Of a DNA stretch of 64,000 nucleotides, positions 45,301-60,381 are shown piece by piece; positions within the stretch are counted from its first letter, which is position 1; each line of letters begins with the position of its first letter. The stretch covers positions 1 to 64,000 of the forward strand of contig JAKMXF010000361.1 in the NCBI GenBank assembly GCA_024704765.1, in the 5' to 3' direction. The stretch is from Oopsacas minuta. Taxonomy: Eukaryota; Animalia; Porifera. The notes under the pieces were generated by a model. The model was not told the origin of the DNA, ran no database searches, and worked only from the letters and a program-made list of their open reading frames with translations. Made by a program: the position numbers and the translations under genes.

Positions 45301-48300
45301 CATTTCCTATATTTCTGTATTTCCTAAGAGGTGTAAGAAATGTTATAAATTATAATTCTGTAACAAATATGTTATTTATTTGTCTATTGATAATTACATA
45401 TTGTTAACGTTGTAAAATGTCCTGAATACAATAGAATATTGCATAATGTATTTTGGGTTTTAGTCAAGTTCATCCCTTCATATTGCACAACTCTCAGTTC
45501 TACTCACGTAATGTTACGTGGTGATAATATATAATTACTTTGACTAAATTATAATTCGTTCCAACCCTAATCCTGGACAACAAGAAAATCTGAGCTGAAT
45601 TTCGGATAGTTCTACGATACTAATAAAATATATTCCTAATAAGTTGTGTTGTAGTCCAAACATATATTGTAGAACTCTAAACAAATTTTATCAATTGCTG
45701 ATACGAATATCTTGGAAAAATCTGATTTGGTATGCAAATTATAAGATTTGTGCAAGCAACATTCAATTAGATAACTCAAATATCAAAAGACTGCAACACA
45801 AGGTGTAATGCTTGCGCAAATTTACTGCAATATCTGTTAAGCACCTGTGCTGTGATGTTTGTATAGGAGGACAAATTTGATTCTAATTCTAATTTCCAGG
45901 TGGATTATTCAAAATTACTGCCTATTACATAATCAACCACCATCTTAAAATATAGTTACACGTGCTGAGAATCTTAAAGAAATTTTACATCATAATATTT
46001 AGCATGAAAGAATTAACTAATTCGATTCATTCCCTCGATTCTACCAATAATGATATAAATTTAGTTAAGAATAGATAGAAAGTAAACAATTAATTCCATT
46101 ATCCGATATTTTAGCTTCGTGAATTAATTCTTTCCGAATTTTTTCTATAAAAAAGTATGTAAAGAAGACATAATTAAGATTTGTAACACGACAAGTACAC
46201 ATCTGCAGAATCCGTGCAGATGCAATTTTCATTTTATTTTACGTATGTTAAACAAATTTGGAAACAATTCGATACAACAGGCTATTATGTCGATATAATT
46301 TTAACAAATTCCCAGTACATAAATACTGTATACGTATATATTCTGTACATTATAATAAATAATATTTTTGACCTAGATTCTAGAATTCACACGGTATATC
46401 ACAATTGTCTAATGATACTGAGTCATATACTTTCTCAGAATTTATTAGTTCTTTTGGTTGCTAATTATAATTTCAATTTTCTCATTAGAAGGCAAATTGC
46501 CAGAACTGTAGCAGATACGAAAGGGATTCAAATGTTATTCTGCTTTTAAATCAATCTCCTTTACTTCCTATTATTCAGAGTACACTACTCTTGCTCCTCG
46601 TAATTATCAATTAATCGTGCTAATTAGTAAAATACAATAGAAATTGTCTGACAATCTATTTAAATATGAGTATCAAACTAATCGAGTGGTGTTTGAGGCT
46701 GATTTGATTAATCTGTTATCTTAAAACAGAAATATTTTGCAAATGTGAAGTATTCAGATGACCTTATGAGAAAGTTCATTGAATTTTCCACCTGCTTTTG
46801 GTTTAGTGGCATTTTTAGGTTAATTAAGAATATCATAACATATGGTTAGATCGGTTACCCTAGTTAATTAAAGGAAACAACAATAACAACAATCAATATT
46901 TTGAATTTACTTAATTAATTATTTGATATTGTTCTTCTAAACCTATCATGTACATCAAACGTAGGTTGGAAGTGTTCCTACCCATTGTTAGCTGTACACT
47001 CAATATAACAGTGCAAGAGTGCATGAAAATTAAGAAATGGAAGGAGAAATGCAAGTAATGTGAATTAGAGAAAATCGTGTTACTTTCATGGAGCTTTAAA
47101 TTCCTATAATAAGGTATGTTATTATGATAAACAGATGACTACTGAATTTCATTATTGATTTGTTAATTCAAATAATAATTTATTTAATTCTAATTAGATT
47201 TAACGACAGCTTGCTAAGCAATTTGAATTTATTTTAAGAGAACTGACAAAAAATATTATAGAATTTATTAATTTTGGTTGACTAATCAATCAGATGTTAA
47301 TATGAATATTAATAATAGCGTACTAAACGGGGGGTGTTAAGAAACGAAAAATAGCAAACATTCAATACAAAATAATTTACAAACTATAATTTTCCTTTTA
47401 ATACTACGTATTTCTGTTTAAAATATTTCATAATTTTTATGTGTACAATATTCGCATAAATCAATATATATCTTTTTATTGATATTTCTAGAAATAAACT
47501 TAAAATGAATTAATAATTCCTGAAATTAAAATATACTTAAACTATTCAGTGTTTTAATTGAATTTGGCAACTAAAATTTACAAATACGTTTGTAAATATA
47601 TGTAATATGATTACTTACTAATCACTTGATTGTTGTTAATTATTTGCTGCAGCTCCGACTACTTAGCATATCTTTGAGCTTAAACGTAAAGTAGCCATAT
47701 AGCTTTCTTCATTGTACTAATAGATAGACAAAATTGATAAACCTCCAGACCTCTTGCAATAGTATTGCAATAGTGGTCGTAACGAAATCTATTCCTATAA
47801 AGTTGTTGGGAAAAAAGTTGTATAGCACAAGAATATTAAATTTTATCTTATGCGCTGAGTTGAATTTCCAACCAGAATGAGCACAAACTTCTGAAATATC
47901 CCTCATTCTATTAACCAACGTGAATATTTTACTAAATTGAGAGTTAAGTGTTTTTACTCTCAAGCTCTTTCTCTTGAAACTATTCAATTGGTGTCTCATT
48001 GCACTGGGCTAGCAGTAGTGGTAGATATATATAGATATATATTGTGCTAATTGACCTGATAAACTCAGGGATTGGCCTTGAGCAGAGCACTATATTACAT
48101 AGCATACTACCATCATATCAATATCAATACAATGAAATTATGCTATCAAGAATGATTATAATATATTATAAGGTAAGATTGTAGGAGAGGCTGATACGAA
48201 ATATTTATTGATTTTATTAGGAATCGTGCTAATCATAAATACATAATTAAATTGACAAATATACGAATCATTGGATTATACATATCGGTTACTCTTACTA

Positions 48301-51300
48301 CTCAGTATTTTGTTAGATCTTGTAGTTTTTGACGAAGAGTTTATTATTATCTGACTCAGTAATCGGAACACTGTCATACTACTTGTCTGTATTCGTAACC
48401 TTGCACAAGTGGTAATGGCTTCTGTCACTGGTCCTACGACAATAATTTTAGACTCAATGAAATATTTAATGTTTATAGTTAGGCCTACACACTGGGATAT
48501 GAAAGTACTAGATGGGAATAAAATGCTCAAAACTTTAATACAGCTTTATGGTACAAGCTACAGGACAGATTCCAGTTCTCTTATATAAATGGTATTCAAA
48601 TGCTCCGACTTAAGTATTCTATACAGAGTATATTGGTATTTCTCTCTTCACTACAAGATACATACTACTACACCCAATTCAAAATATTTGTTACTATATT
48701 AGCATCAGAATATATTCTACAATGATACCAGGTGATTTAATTTTATACACACTTTTCTGGTTAAAATACTTTTATTAGACATTTATATTTATTTTCGAGA
48801 AAGATTTATATTTGAATACAAATAATATTCTGGCAATATTCGAGCTAAAAAGGGTGTATAAATATATTTCAATGTTATAAGTACTAAATGCAATATTATC
48901 TTGCCGAAATGAACTTTCATTTATTGGAATTATTTGAGTGAATTGCAAATCAAATCATAAACAAAATGTGTAAACAGAAACACATTTGTTTGTACTTTTT
49001 ATTACACAATTCCAGTAAACTTATCAAATTTGAAATATTAATTTGAATATCCAAATCATAATTTATAATTTTCGTAATATTATATGGAATGTGTAAAACT
49101 CTCTCATTCGTAAGCAATATATGAGTCACACACTTAACACATTTATTGATAATTAGTTGAGTGTAAATTAGTTCGATTATCGATACTTTTCAGATAAATT
49201 TTCTGTGTTTTCTTATCGGAGCCACTAAATAAATTGTATATCTGCAAACATAATTTTTCGAAGAATATTTCTTATTACAGTTTAAAAATTAATATCATGA
49301 ACATTAATTTTGTTGAGTCTTTCTTCTAAGAAAATATTATAATACCATAAAAGGACATCGATTAGAATAAGCTAGTCATATGAAATCAAGCAAATCTCTT
49401 GTCCAATATTAGAGTTTGTTTGGACTTTAAATGAAGAAAAGAAAAGAATTTGTTAGTAATTAAATTTGTAAAATTCAGAGGTAAAATAGAATAATTACCT
49501 TCATTTGCTTCACTTCCGTAAATATAGTGGTGTTCGCCTATTAGCAATTCGTATAATAGCAATATCCGCCTATTAGCAACTTTTTTCATGGATATAGAGT
49601 GCATTTTTGTATGGTAAATAGTTCGCATAATATAATAGCAGATTCACCCAATTCGTGTATTAGCAAGAAAATCATTCAAAATAAGATTTTCTAATAGGCA
49701 AAACTCAACTGTAAATAATTTCACTCACTTTCTTTGTGCTTGACATTAATATAATGTAACCTAATTTAGACAATCTGGTAACAGACATACAGGTCTTTAA
49801 TTGAATCGAATAACTCCAGTGTAGTGAATTTGATGGGCAATATTACTTAATTGCTTAATATTAAGATTTACATCGGCAATTACAAAGAGAAGCCGAAATA
49901 ATATTGAACTCACTAGTTCTATACATTTAGACATTTGATAGCGAGGTGAATAACACCAACTTTCCTATATTCCGATCTGTTAATCATCAAATTGTCTTAA
50001 TATTGCAATAATATTTGATACTAATGTTTTCTATTAATTAGCATGTTGTAAGATCAAACTACACATTGATGGCATTTCGAGGTTATATCTATTGTGCTTA
50101 TACAAGGCTTGCTATTGCCTCCTGAGAACTATCATGTTTAATCTATATGGGAAACATGGCTCACAGCTATTACATCAAGAATAAATGCAATAATATTCAG
50201 TAACATATTAAGAGATAATCTGATTAATCTCTAAGCTAGAATGTATATAAACAGCTGTATAATATGAAGGAAAGTCTGGTTAAGCAAGAATTAAGTCATC
50301 CCAAAAATGAATGCCCTGAAGTCCTATTCCATAGCATTAAATCCAATAATTGTTGACAAACCCGAAAAATATATGTATACTGTATACGTATAGCTCACTT
50401 TTGCAAATTGTCCCGTTTTGTATGGACATCCTCCTTTTTCAGACATTTGTTGAATGCATTACCCGCTAAATGTATACAATTCGGAATTGTCAAGCTTTTG
50501 GTTGCCCAGCCTACAACCTTCCGTCAAGCAATTTTATTCATTCCAGTTGACATGTATATACACGCTATCATGTCTTATATCTAACTCTTCTCAGTACGAA
50601 ATAATCAAACATGATTAGTATATTTAACATGCATCTGAAATATACGCAATTCAGCCCACACGAACAAGATAATTCTAGATTAATCCTACTCTATGTCAAT
50701 AATCAGCAATGAATACGAAATAAATAAATTCAATAGTGTAAAAATTTACAATAATATCGTATTGTTTAATTTACTGTTTCGAAGTTATATAATGTTTTTC
50801 CAGTAAGAAAGTAATACACAAGAAACAATACTCGAAATTTGTCTAATTTGTAATAGTTTTTGCAAAGCATCATTGTAAACTTCAAACTTGGGGCATTTCG
50901 AACATTAATGATATACTGTAATAGGATAACCTCCATTATCTCTGATAAGAATTTGACAGTAATTAGTAGGTCCTTGATGTATTTTAGATGATTTATCCAG
51001 ATGTTTGGTAAACTTATAATAGGTTTCAGGTAATTGCTTGAATATCACATTACAATCCTACAATATTATGCACCAATTTGCTTAGAATATACGTGTATTA
51101 TATGTCGTTAGCTTCAGGGTGGCTTATAATGAATCCGCTTATGCTTACTATGAAGAGAGTCCAATTATAATGATTGGCATAGCATTCTCTTTATTATGAT
51201 TTATAAGGGTTCACAATAGGTGGTTCTGGCTGTAGAACGATCAATCGTATCTATGTTATTAATGAATAGAAAGTTTAAGAGAAATGCAAGCATGATTACT

Positions 51301-52300
51301 TTACTACTAGAATTCATTAAATATTTTCTACCCAGATAGATTACAAATTTCTACCGTACTGTGGTTTAGTTAGAAAATTGTTTATCTCAATTCCACTTAA
51401 ATGTACATATACGAATATATTTAACATTGAATGATAGACTCGTACTGTTGTTTTGTATATAATTGTTTAGCATCATTCATTAAATATAGTCGGGTCATGA
51501 TGTGGTTAATGATATGCAAACAAGAGAAGAAAATTACCATAGCAACTACCATATCCCACCATTTATCCGATAATTTTACTAAATCTACTCTTATTTCTAC
51601 TTATATCATTAATTAAGAATATTTTTGGTTTAAAATCTCTAAGTAACAACTTACTTTTCATATCAGCAAGCAGCAGACATAGATTCTTTAGTGCTGTATA
51701 ATATTCCTATAACCAATAACCTAGTTCGAGTAAGTATAAAAATCTATGTAAAATAGGATTTCACTAATAGACTAGTAGCACTTGAATCTACCTATTGCAG
51801 TTTTAATATTCGAGTATCAGAATCAAAAACTCAATTTGTGATTATATCTTCCACTCAACTCGGTATAATTACACGTCCAGCGAGCAACTATTCACTAGTA
51901 AGTCTATATGCTATTAATTTTGTAAATTTGTATTAGTATTGTTAGTAATTAAATTTGCTAAAAGACGTATTATTAGTAAAATTATTAAAAACTAAGTTAG
52001 AAATTATCATAAGTTTTCACGGTTAATTGATAAATGTGCTCACTTACACATGTGCATGCTATTATTCGAGAACACATCACACCTCATATATAAACACAAA
52101 TTCTATTTTGCAATCTGAACTCGCAAGCGTTATATTCGCGATTAATAACAATTCTGCGTAGAGGCACATATTGTATAAAATGACATACTATCACAGTAGT
52201 GGGATTACTCTATTGTTGTAATCGAATTGACAGGCTGGACACTAAACTACCTGTTTTCTCTCAGCACATGGGACACTAACTTAATAATTAATTATTACTA
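42400..52300 (+). pseudogene. Large fossil LRP/LDLR-related receptor gene (alternating YWTD propellers and EGF modules)
   Basis: Recurrent degenerate motifs in order: EVCWID (42.5 kb), NMPSELNI..KL..AKNQTI (43.2), NGYRF..DSKKC (43.6), Y*WSDSENN and SADWF (44.1), IQLDNSNIKRL (45.8), CTSNVGWKCSY..QC..KLRNGR (47.0), GPTTIILDSMKYLMF..VLDG (48.4), ELSHP (50.3), TGWTLNY (52.2). No intact long ORF. Confidence 0.5.
49525..49711. mobile_element. MITE family A, longer variant
   Basis: TAGTGGTGTTCGCCTATTAGCAA...CTAATAGGCAAAACTCAACTG-TA with a duplicated CCGCCTATTAGCAAC. Confidence 0.6.
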
Positions 52301-52428
52301 TATCTATTGTGTATATACTCTGTCTTAATGTCTGGAGCAATGCGTACTACATATAATTCCAAACCTCAACAGGAGTGATTTGCTAGCAAATCTCTGATTT
52401 TCTATGCAATTTCTTGGATCATTTTTTG

Positions 52429-55400
52429 ATGGGTAAAGCTATCGGTTATTTTTGAACGTCATTCACATGATTGTGACATTTCTATTAATGGAACTTTATA
52501 GCTCTGCCTAGCGTAGGGTTGTATAAACTTGTAACATAATTACATAATAAATAGTGATATGCTTTACACCTGACCGTTTTTAGCTAACATCTCCTACTAC
52601 GATTTGCTCAAAAATAATCTCGTCAACCACAACAGGCCACTAACCAGCTCACCTACTACCAAAGACCCAGAACAGTATTCAATTCAAATTTCTAAACCAT
52701 ACGATAGTATGTATAACGGTGGTGTGTATTACAGCCCTATTGATAGTGAAAATATGCTACTAGAAGTTTCAGAAAATCGGTAAAATTAGTAAATTTTACA
52801 AAAAGAATAATTAATCGATAATATTACGTTACAATTCTAAATTTGATAAAGTCTTAATATTTATTTGTAAGATTCACAAATTAGGTTATATTGCTGTAAC
52901 GCAGAAATTTCCTTGTTGAGATTTCTGTATGTGTGCATTCAGGTAGTGTTACAATATTACTATTTGTTAGAGATGAGAGCTTTTTCAACGAGGATTGGAC
53001 TTCACTACTACATGGCGCTCAATTCGCTTCTAATGGAAAGTGTTTCACAGGCTATGTCAATACTCCGGAAGAGTTGCAGCAAGTATTTGATTCTTTCAAA
53101 AGAGTTACAGGTTAATGAAATGGATGTATTACAGTAGAACCCGGTTAATATGTACACACCAGGGACTAGAATTCATACTCCTCATCTGGAGTAGGTAACG
53201 GACTAATAATATTCATCGAAAATATATTGAAGGGGGACTGGTAAAGTGTACAAATATGAATCTTTGTCCTCATTTCTGTGTGAACAGTGTTCATATTAAC
53301 GAGGTTCTACAGTACTTATAATAATATATCCTTCTTTAACAATATATAATTTTATGTAAATGTTAGTCTGAGTCCAATTGGCGAACATATAATAGAGCGT
53401 ATAAAATTGATTGATTGGTGGCATGTAAGCTATCTGTTTTAAAGTTTAATAACTGAATCCTTACCTCGAATCGAGTAACATATTCACACATTCTTGTTGA
53501 GAAGCCAATGTTCGTCCTCTTGTGAGAGTTATTTACATTTTTCTCGGGTTCATTCTCTTAAGATAAGACTTGAGTGGATGCCTTTTCATGAAAGTTTTAC
53601 GTTCTACATTAAAGGAATATAAAGTAGTGTTAGAATCTGTTTGTAAGAAGTGACTTAATGTCCTTTAATTGTAAATTATGCTATTGTATGTGAACAATGT
53701 TGAATTTCAACCCAAAGCCGTATTGTAATTATATTAGTCATTTGTTTTAACACTAGATTACATTTGATTTAACCCAAAGGTATTTACAGAAATTATTCGA
53801 TGACATGAACTTGAACTAATCAACAAAATTGAGTGATTGCGGTGTTCTCTAGGTATCTACAAATAATTAATAAATAATCATTTTTCCAAATTTCATTATT
53901 GAAAAATGCTCCCAATTTGTATACAATAAATGATATCCTTTGAAGTTAGGATGTTATAAATGAATTTTTTACTGAATACACCATATGTCAAGTTGTCAAT
54001 ATAATTGCATAATCAATTGAGCCAAGCAATAGACGAACGAGCAGCCTGATGACTTAAATATTTGTAAATGAATACATTTAGTTGTAGAATCAGTACTTAT
54101 CCAACGTAATTCCAGTACTAAATTGTGTAATTCTATCTGATTGGAGGATTAAGGACAAAATAATTCATGAGACTTATCAGATATTTGTGTATCAATTAAA
54201 ATTGATTAGATTTGATGACCGCTATGTACGTATACATGCCAAGTGGAAATTTGTAATTGTGCTCTATATCAAAACAGTAGAGTGTACCAAAAGGATACGT
54301 ATATCCTCAGTCCAATTATAGTCTTTGAAGGATAATATTAATATTGAGTAATTAAAAGAATTAATAGCAAATAATAATATTGAGTTATGATAAAACTCTT
54401 CAGGAACTGCATATTCCACAAGAGTTCCCTGTTGTATGGAGAAATTCGATGGGATTGCTCAAGAAAAGTTTCTAAACTCACTTTCAAGACCCCGTCTCTT
54501 CTGGAAAATGCATGTAGGAGAACCTCATATTCCTTATGACAGAGTGCCATTCATGACATATGGACAGGTAACATAGTAATTTTGTACTATACGAGAATAG
54601 TTGTGTACGAATTAAAATAGGTACGCATGACCTTGGTTAATTGGTATGCAATTATTTTTGGCTGGATAATATAATGATTTATTGAATACAATTGTTGATT
54701 AGATGGCTGAGTTTCCTTGTATCTACGGTCCTAAAACGAGGAAGTATGCTGGTGAGGTAAAAAGAGAGAATAAACTTATCAGTTTACCAGGTTTGTTCAG
54801 ATACACTCTACCCTCTATTTATGTAATTAAGATTAGAAATTAAATTATTAAAGTTTAAAGATGAAATATACGTGTATAAGCTAATTGTATAACTAGACTA
54901 AACTACCTTATACAATATTTACTGATAATCACAAATGGTGGGTGCACAATACATGTTTAATTTATTTATACGGAATTATAACGGATGTCATACTCTAAGC
55001 TAGACAATACAAATCAAAGTACGTAATTCCGTAACTTGTTAATATTTTGATTGTTGCAATTTCAGGTGCTATTGATTCTGCGAATGCGAAAAGATATAAA
55101 GTTTCATGTCAGGCTCACATTACTATTAGAAGAATATTAAGATTTCCAGAACATGAATTGGTTGAAGATTCATTCCCAGGTGTAGCAGCACTTAGGAAAG
55201 CTAAGAAACAAGTAAGTTATTATTTATATTTAAATATAGCTATTGATCTTCCAGTTACAGTGGATACACTATATAAGAATATACTATATAGGAATATTTT
55301 TCATGTATTTTATTGATCCCAAATATTACAATACACTATACAGTAGAACTCGGATAAGACGTACTATTTCTTATATCCCAAAATATCAGTCATCATTATC

Positions 55401-58400
55401 TGTAATGCAAACATATTCGGATAAGACGTACTAATTTCTGTTTCCCGAGGGGGTACGTCTTATCCGAGTTCTACTGTATAAGAATATACACCATATAGGA
55501 ATATACACCATATAGGAATATATTTTCTCGATACCGACAGTATTCCTGTATGGTGTATACACTGTACTAGAGCTACTATGTAGAAAGTGATATGAAGTTG
55601 TTGAATAATTAGCAAATATATACGTTATAGCATGGGGGAAATCGATCAGAACTAGGCTATAGTCGAGATGGTTTTGATAATTATCTGATATATTACTAAT
55701 CTTATACCAGGCACTAGAAGATTTAGCAGATGCCATAAGTAAAGGCAGTGCTAAGCCAGAGGATCGCTATTATATCTCACTCCCCACGCCGCTAGCTCAC
55801 TCCAATCACGACTTATACGCCTCCTACATGAATCTAGGTTCAGACTGTAATTTAGATGCATCTATAAGTGATCAAATCTACAAATTAGTAAACAGAGGTG
55901 TAACTACAATAGATCAGATTCAAACGAAGCTATACGAGTTTGTACAAAGCAATTTAACACAAAATAGCGCGGTAAGGAAACAAAGCTCTAGTCCTTTGGA
56001 ATCTATAGACCACAATGCTCCGTGTACTTCTTAGGAAACACTGCATTCAATCTTCAACTATTTAAATAATTGTTTATTGTATTTTTAGTTGGACGCAAGT
56101 GATCGTTCCTTCTTCCCTCACAAAAATGACATCACTAACCACATATATTCCTTATATGAGACCGGGAAATTAGTGGATACAGACAACTCTAACAGGGCTT
56201 CGGATATGATGGACAAAGGACTAATCTCTCCTATCCCAGGTAATACTTTAAGAGAATGCGAATACGTAGCCATCTAACTACAATTCATCTGAAAATTACC
56301 TCGAATTGTCCGAAACATCTAGCGGTAAGGCTGCGCTCTATTCTTCTGCACTTGTATACGCATGTATCTACACACATGTTCTCTCTAGTTATGTCATTAA
56401 ATTATATCACTATAGGTACCTATATACGTGATAACAACTAGAATACGAGTATATCAATACCATTAGCAATATTTACACTAGTAAATCTCAGAAATTCGAT
56501 TGTTGTGTAGTTGAATAAAATACTAAATGTAAAGCTCTCCCCTGTTAAGCCAGAACGTAATATACTGACTCCTTATACCGAGTGCGTATAAAACAAATAT
56601 TATTTTCATTGAAAAGCATCGGGGGGAGTTACTAGGTATGTACATGTCAACCGTGTTCGTATTAACGAGAGTGGATAGTCAAATTTAATGAGAATTTCCA
56701 TATTTGTAATTTAAACATGGTTTACATTAGATTTACACCTATCAGGAACACCTTCAAGTGTGACAAGTATTGCATACGATCAGGTGGCAAAAGATAGTGT
56801 CAATTATAGCATATTCCATATTGTACCTAACCTGAATTACGATCAATATAGCTCTAGAGAAGGAGGTTTCCTTAATAATAATCCTAAGAAGATGGATTCT
56901 GAATCAAGATGTTCCAATCAAGGTGAGTTATAGAGTAAATACGGACTAGTATATCTGTAAATTTGTAAGCTCCAAAAGAAGCTAATACAATTTTCTAGAC
57001 TAATGAAAAATTTTCAAACAAATTATGGAATTCTTTAACTACCCAAGGAAATGACAACATATATGTTCATACGTAATTTACAGATGTAATTAATTTTGAA
57101 TATTTTACTCGTATTTCCAGCATTATTGTAGCTATCTTGACAGAAAAACCACCAAATTTATTGATCATAATTTACATAATCAGATCAAACGTAAACGCGT
57201 AATTGTTTTTCATCTGATTATTATCAATTCACCTGTATATGATGTAAAATTGTAGATAATAAACCTATGTAACAGCATTGTGTCTAGAAAATATGTGATA
57301 TATGCATGTATAATGAATTTTCAAGCTCATTCCTTTCAATACTCAAATTGCTAGCTGGGTAATATGGGCAGTACCCATTTGGACTCCCAATTGCATAATT
57401 AGATAAGAAATATAATTAGTTTTATATGCACAACATTAATAATAACAGTTAGTATTAACAATTTTAATATATAACTTGGTTACTACGTACTTAGTAATTC
57501 TATACAGACATGGTGTCATCCTGTTCACTACCATAGTACCAAAGATATCATTGTTATTGTTTGGTCTGTGTAATAACTAAGTTGAATGCTTCCATTACAT
57601 TGTGGAATTCATGAATAAGTAATTACCACGATGTAAGTTAGTGCTATACTGTTTTGAGGGTAACAATAGAATGTCACTTGTTGACCCATAATAGGCCTGC
57701 GTATTATACTTGCATTGATGCTCCTCCAGCAGGTTAGAAATAACATATTTAGCTGCTTAACCAACTAAACTCTATAGTTGTAATTACATTATCTTCAAGT
57801 ATTTCTAGTCTGTATATATTCACAATGTTAAACTCTTCTACAACTTTCACATAATATTAGGCTATAAGGAGGGGAGGGATGAATATTTAATAAATGCTTA
57901 AATAGGGGTTGCTTTTGTTAAAAAGTTATTTTGCGATTTAAAATCTGTCCTGTAGCAAGTTACGTTAATTCATACGCTAGCGGTTTATTGGAGAATCTAT
58001 AAGTAATATGTCATTAGCAAATAGAATCTGGGATCTTAATTCATTTACAATTTGCTAGATAATTACGTATTATTGAAGCTAGACTGTTATCTATTTGCTA
58101 TTCCATATTTTGTTTTTGAGAAAAATGCTGGTTTACAGTTCAAAAATGTGGAGAGTTGAGCAATCATAATGATCTAATCAGTGTTTGGAAGTGACTCAAT
58201 ATTTCAATGACTATTTTGAGATATAAAATTTATTATTGAATTAATTAGATCTGGTAAAGAGTCCACGCTATAATTTTTTTCAAAAAGTCATGATTATATT
58301 AACATTTTCTTAAATACGTACATGTCATTTCCGTAATTAATAGGACTACTATCAGTTCTATAGTAATAATATTTGTGCTATTGTTTCATCATCTAAACCC

Positions 58401-59503
58401 AGAAGCTCTATTGTCTCGTAAATAGAACAACTTGCCTACAATATTACCCATCTGGGAAAGCCAGGTAAACTTTCAATATATTGTCATTAATAGGTGAGAA
58501 CGAACAATCTCCTGCAGAGTCAGAACCAGACGCTATTGACGTAGAATCATTCACAGAAATTAAATCGTATCAAAACATTGTACAAATGGAGAACAAATGT
58601 GAAGAATCTCCACGGGAAGGGCACTCTCCTTCCAAAAGTCCTCCCACTCAAGAAGCATTTGCAGATACAACATCAAAACCCAAAATGATTACAATACAGA
58701 ACCGTGTTTCCACGCCTAACAACTTCAACTGCTTCTCTACTATTTCTCCCGTAAGTTACATCTCATATTATACAGTCATAGGTAACGATTTATAAGTACT
58801 GGTCATATTGAAACCATTATCTTAATATAAATTAATATCGCAACTTCTCTAGTGTTCTCCATAACTGATAAATATTTCGAAATTTGTATGACCAATTCAG
58901 ACAAAATACGAATATTTTAATTTTCGGTCAATTGAAAATATTTTAGCGTCTTCGTATAAATTAAAACCAAATTTCACAATAATTATCCCTATCGTCTATC
59001 GTCCATAAAAGCCATATTGCATTTTGTCAATACATTAATCGACATTATTTTTATAATTTTATTGTATGCATTAATTGTAACAGCCGCTTTGTTCTATTCG
59101 CTAGCACATTAGACAGTGTATTATTTAGCCTATAACACAGTGTATTATTTCAGGATCTACATTAGTTTAAAGTGTAAAAGCAATTAATATAATTTATTCA
59201 AACGACTATTACATATAGATGGAACTTCAAATAGACAGCCTACAGCTACAACCACATCTCGAACACATGCGTGAGGTCAACTTAGCAGCAGATGAAGTGC
59301 GAAATATCTTACAAATCATAGAATATCAAACATACGTTTGTAGAGACCTGGAATCTCTGAACTTACTCCGGAGACAAATAACTGGTATAGCTACAGGATT
59401 TTCACGCAAACTCTCTCAGACAGAGCAGAACACGGTTCACAACCAAAAGAGGAGCTCAGACTCGAGTCTAGTGCCTTCTCCTAAATCACAAAAGCTCAAG
59501 TAA
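52429..59503 (+). CDS. CARF: Calcium-responsive transcription factor homolog (about 649 aa, 11 exons)
   Basis: Phase-consistent exons 52429-52432 (tentative), 52584-52779, 52905-53110, 54404-54567, 54703-54790, 55066-55211, 55711-55971, 56089-56239, 56731-56922, 58494-58750, 59219-59503. Motifs RLFWK..HIPYDRVPF, CIYGP, YKVSCQAHITIRRILRFPEH, RYYISLPTPLAHSNH, IYKLVNRGV and SFFPHKNDITNHI match the CaRF domain. Confidence 0.85.
53132..53312. mobile_element. MITE family B in CARF intron 3
   Basis: TA-CAGTAGAACCCGGTTAATATG...CATATTAACGAGGTTCTACAG-TA. Confidence 0.7.
55341..55476. mobile_element. pogo-like MITE in CARF intron 6
   Basis: Perfect 24-bp TIRs CAGTAGAACTCGGATAAGACGTAC, TA flanks. Decayed relative ending at 40446. 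Confidence 0.85.
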
Positions 59504-60381
59504 ATATTCTCATTTTCTTAACCCTGCATCTCTCCTTCAATGTGAAGTACCCATTTCACCTAAATCATCGCCTAACAATCTAGCTGTAAATCTCCGCAAA
59601 TAACTGTCCCAAATATGCACTTGCCAAATACAAATACAGATACTGTGTAGATGTACAAGTTAATTTCGCATTTCTATAATTACTATTCCCTTCTAAAATT
59701 GTTGCTTCTAAGCTTGTACATTTGATATGATTGTGAAATACTTTATTTTATTTTTGTAGATTTTGTTAATAATTTGTTTCATGAAATTCAATTTCCAGCT
59801 TATCAACTTCAAATGGTTTGGCCGTTTGGGGCGAGCCACAGTCGACACAAGTCAATCACAGTATAGATTATATAGTAATAGGATTTATTTAACTACTTGC
59901 ACTTTACTTCAAATAAGTGTCATGCCTTAAAGAGATTAAAATCCCAAATTTAAAGGATTATAGCCAATATTTCTTTGAAATTCTCCCCTTAGGGTCTACT
60001 GCTTCTGACTGCTTATAAAGAGTTCATAAATTTAGTGGTATTAAAATTTGTGACAAATATTTCATTCAAGCATTATTAACTTTCTCTCAGATTAGTTCTG
60101 AGCTCACATCTAGAAGTAGAAGTAGTAGGTCTTTTAAGAGCATTAGGGTTTATAAAGTGACTACTGTTTATATACATTTTTTAATTATTATTCAGACTAT
60201 TCTATAAGTTTGCTAAAATTCCAATAAAATCTTATAAAGATAAAAACCGTAAAATATACAGTTTTTATCGGTATAAGATTTTATTGGAATTTTAAAACCG
60301 ATGTATTCTACTAAATATATATCAACCAATATTTATATATAATTAATCAACCACTAATCTGAATTTTCAATTCAAACCCAT

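Noticed and set aside
57500-57835. Protein-like antisense fragments in CARF intron 9
   Set aside because: Multiple stops and no family motif I can defend.
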